Assembly: GCA_902584915.1 (NCBI GenBank)
Contig: CACIBQ010000001.1
Coordinates: 659-64,658, forward strand
Direction: 5' to 3'
Source: an uncultured Pelagibacteraceae bacterium
Lineage (GTDB): Bacteria > Pseudomonadota > Alphaproteobacteria > Pelagibacterales > Pelagibacteraceae
Length of the DNA stretch: 64,000 bases
The notes below the pieces were generated by a model. The model made no database searches. It worked only from the letters and a program-made list of their open reading frames with translations, and was not told the origin of the DNA. Position 1 is the first letter of the stretch, and every line of letters begins with the position of its first letter. Below, piece after piece: positions 63,708-64,000 of this stretch. Position numbers and translations under genes: made by a program.

Positions 63708-64000
63708 ATGTTAAATAGAAGAGCAGATAAATTAGAATTATTAAGAATAGCAGAGGCAGTAGCCTTAGAAAAGTCTATAGATAAAGAACTTATAATCAAT
63801 TCAATGGAAACTGGTATTGCAAAAGCTGCAAGATCAAAATTTGGCTCTGAAAATGATATAGTAGTAAACATAAATAGAGACAATGGTGATATTGAAATTT
63901 ATAGAAAATTAACGATTTCAGAAAATCCAGAGAATCCAAATATTCAAATTAGTTTGGAGCAAGCAGCCACTTTAAATGAAGAAAATAAAGAAAAAAAAGT
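63708..64000 (+). CDS. nusA: Transcription factor NusA, 5' part (cut by window edge)
   Basis: MLNRRADKLELLRIAEAVALEKSIDKELII..AKAARSKFG..V.INR..GDI; alphaproteobacterial NusA N-terminus; usual position after metK. Confidence 0.93.
   Translation, partial: MLNRRADKLELLRIAEAVALEKSIDKELIINSMETGIAKAARSKFGSENDIVVNINRDNGDIEIYRKLTISENPENPNIQISLEQAATLNEENKEKK

Noticed and set aside
63602-63883. 93-aa minus-strand ORF
   Set aside because: Antisense to nusA, which the ORF track missed because it runs off the window
1-64000. CRISPR array, IS or transposase, prophage, rRNA, defence system
   Set aside because: No spaced repeats, terminal inverted repeats or relevant protein motifs seen; nearly all bases are assigned to genes

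Overview
Very AT-rich, extremely compact alphaproteobacterial chromosome segment; gene content, order and minimal intergenic spacing point to SAR11 (Pelagibacterales), which is an inference. The window spans the probable replication origin (gap between the DUF299/PpsR gene and hemE, 21594-21862) and is almost all core genes: rpe, purH, ftsK-lolA, hisBHAFE, hslVU, secB-dnaQ-coaE-aroE-maf, hemEHJ-rho, mnmEG-rsmG(parS)-parAB, holA-lptE-leuS, a major porin, dapB-dnaJ-dnaK-grpE, maeB, murJ-trpS, fur-miaB-phoH-ybeY-lnt-metK and nusA, plus tRNA-Gly(GCC). I found no mobile element, CRISPR array or rRNA, and no large novel multi-gene system. The best signals are small: (i) a 35-aa ArfA-like ribosome-rescue gene missing from the ORF track, coupled to a CenR-like regulator with a degenerate receiver; (ii) a 186-aa GNAT-fold protein that keeps both malonyl-CoA-decarboxylase catalytic motifs; (iii) a candidate nusA leader attenuator; (iv) dual-use DNA (two start codons in one ATGCAT palindrome, a terminator loop that is a stop codon, parS inside rsmG, a mini-tsaB overlapping a deacetylase head-to-head); (v) two homopolymer frameshifts (hisF and a heparinase-like gene), probably sequencing errors.
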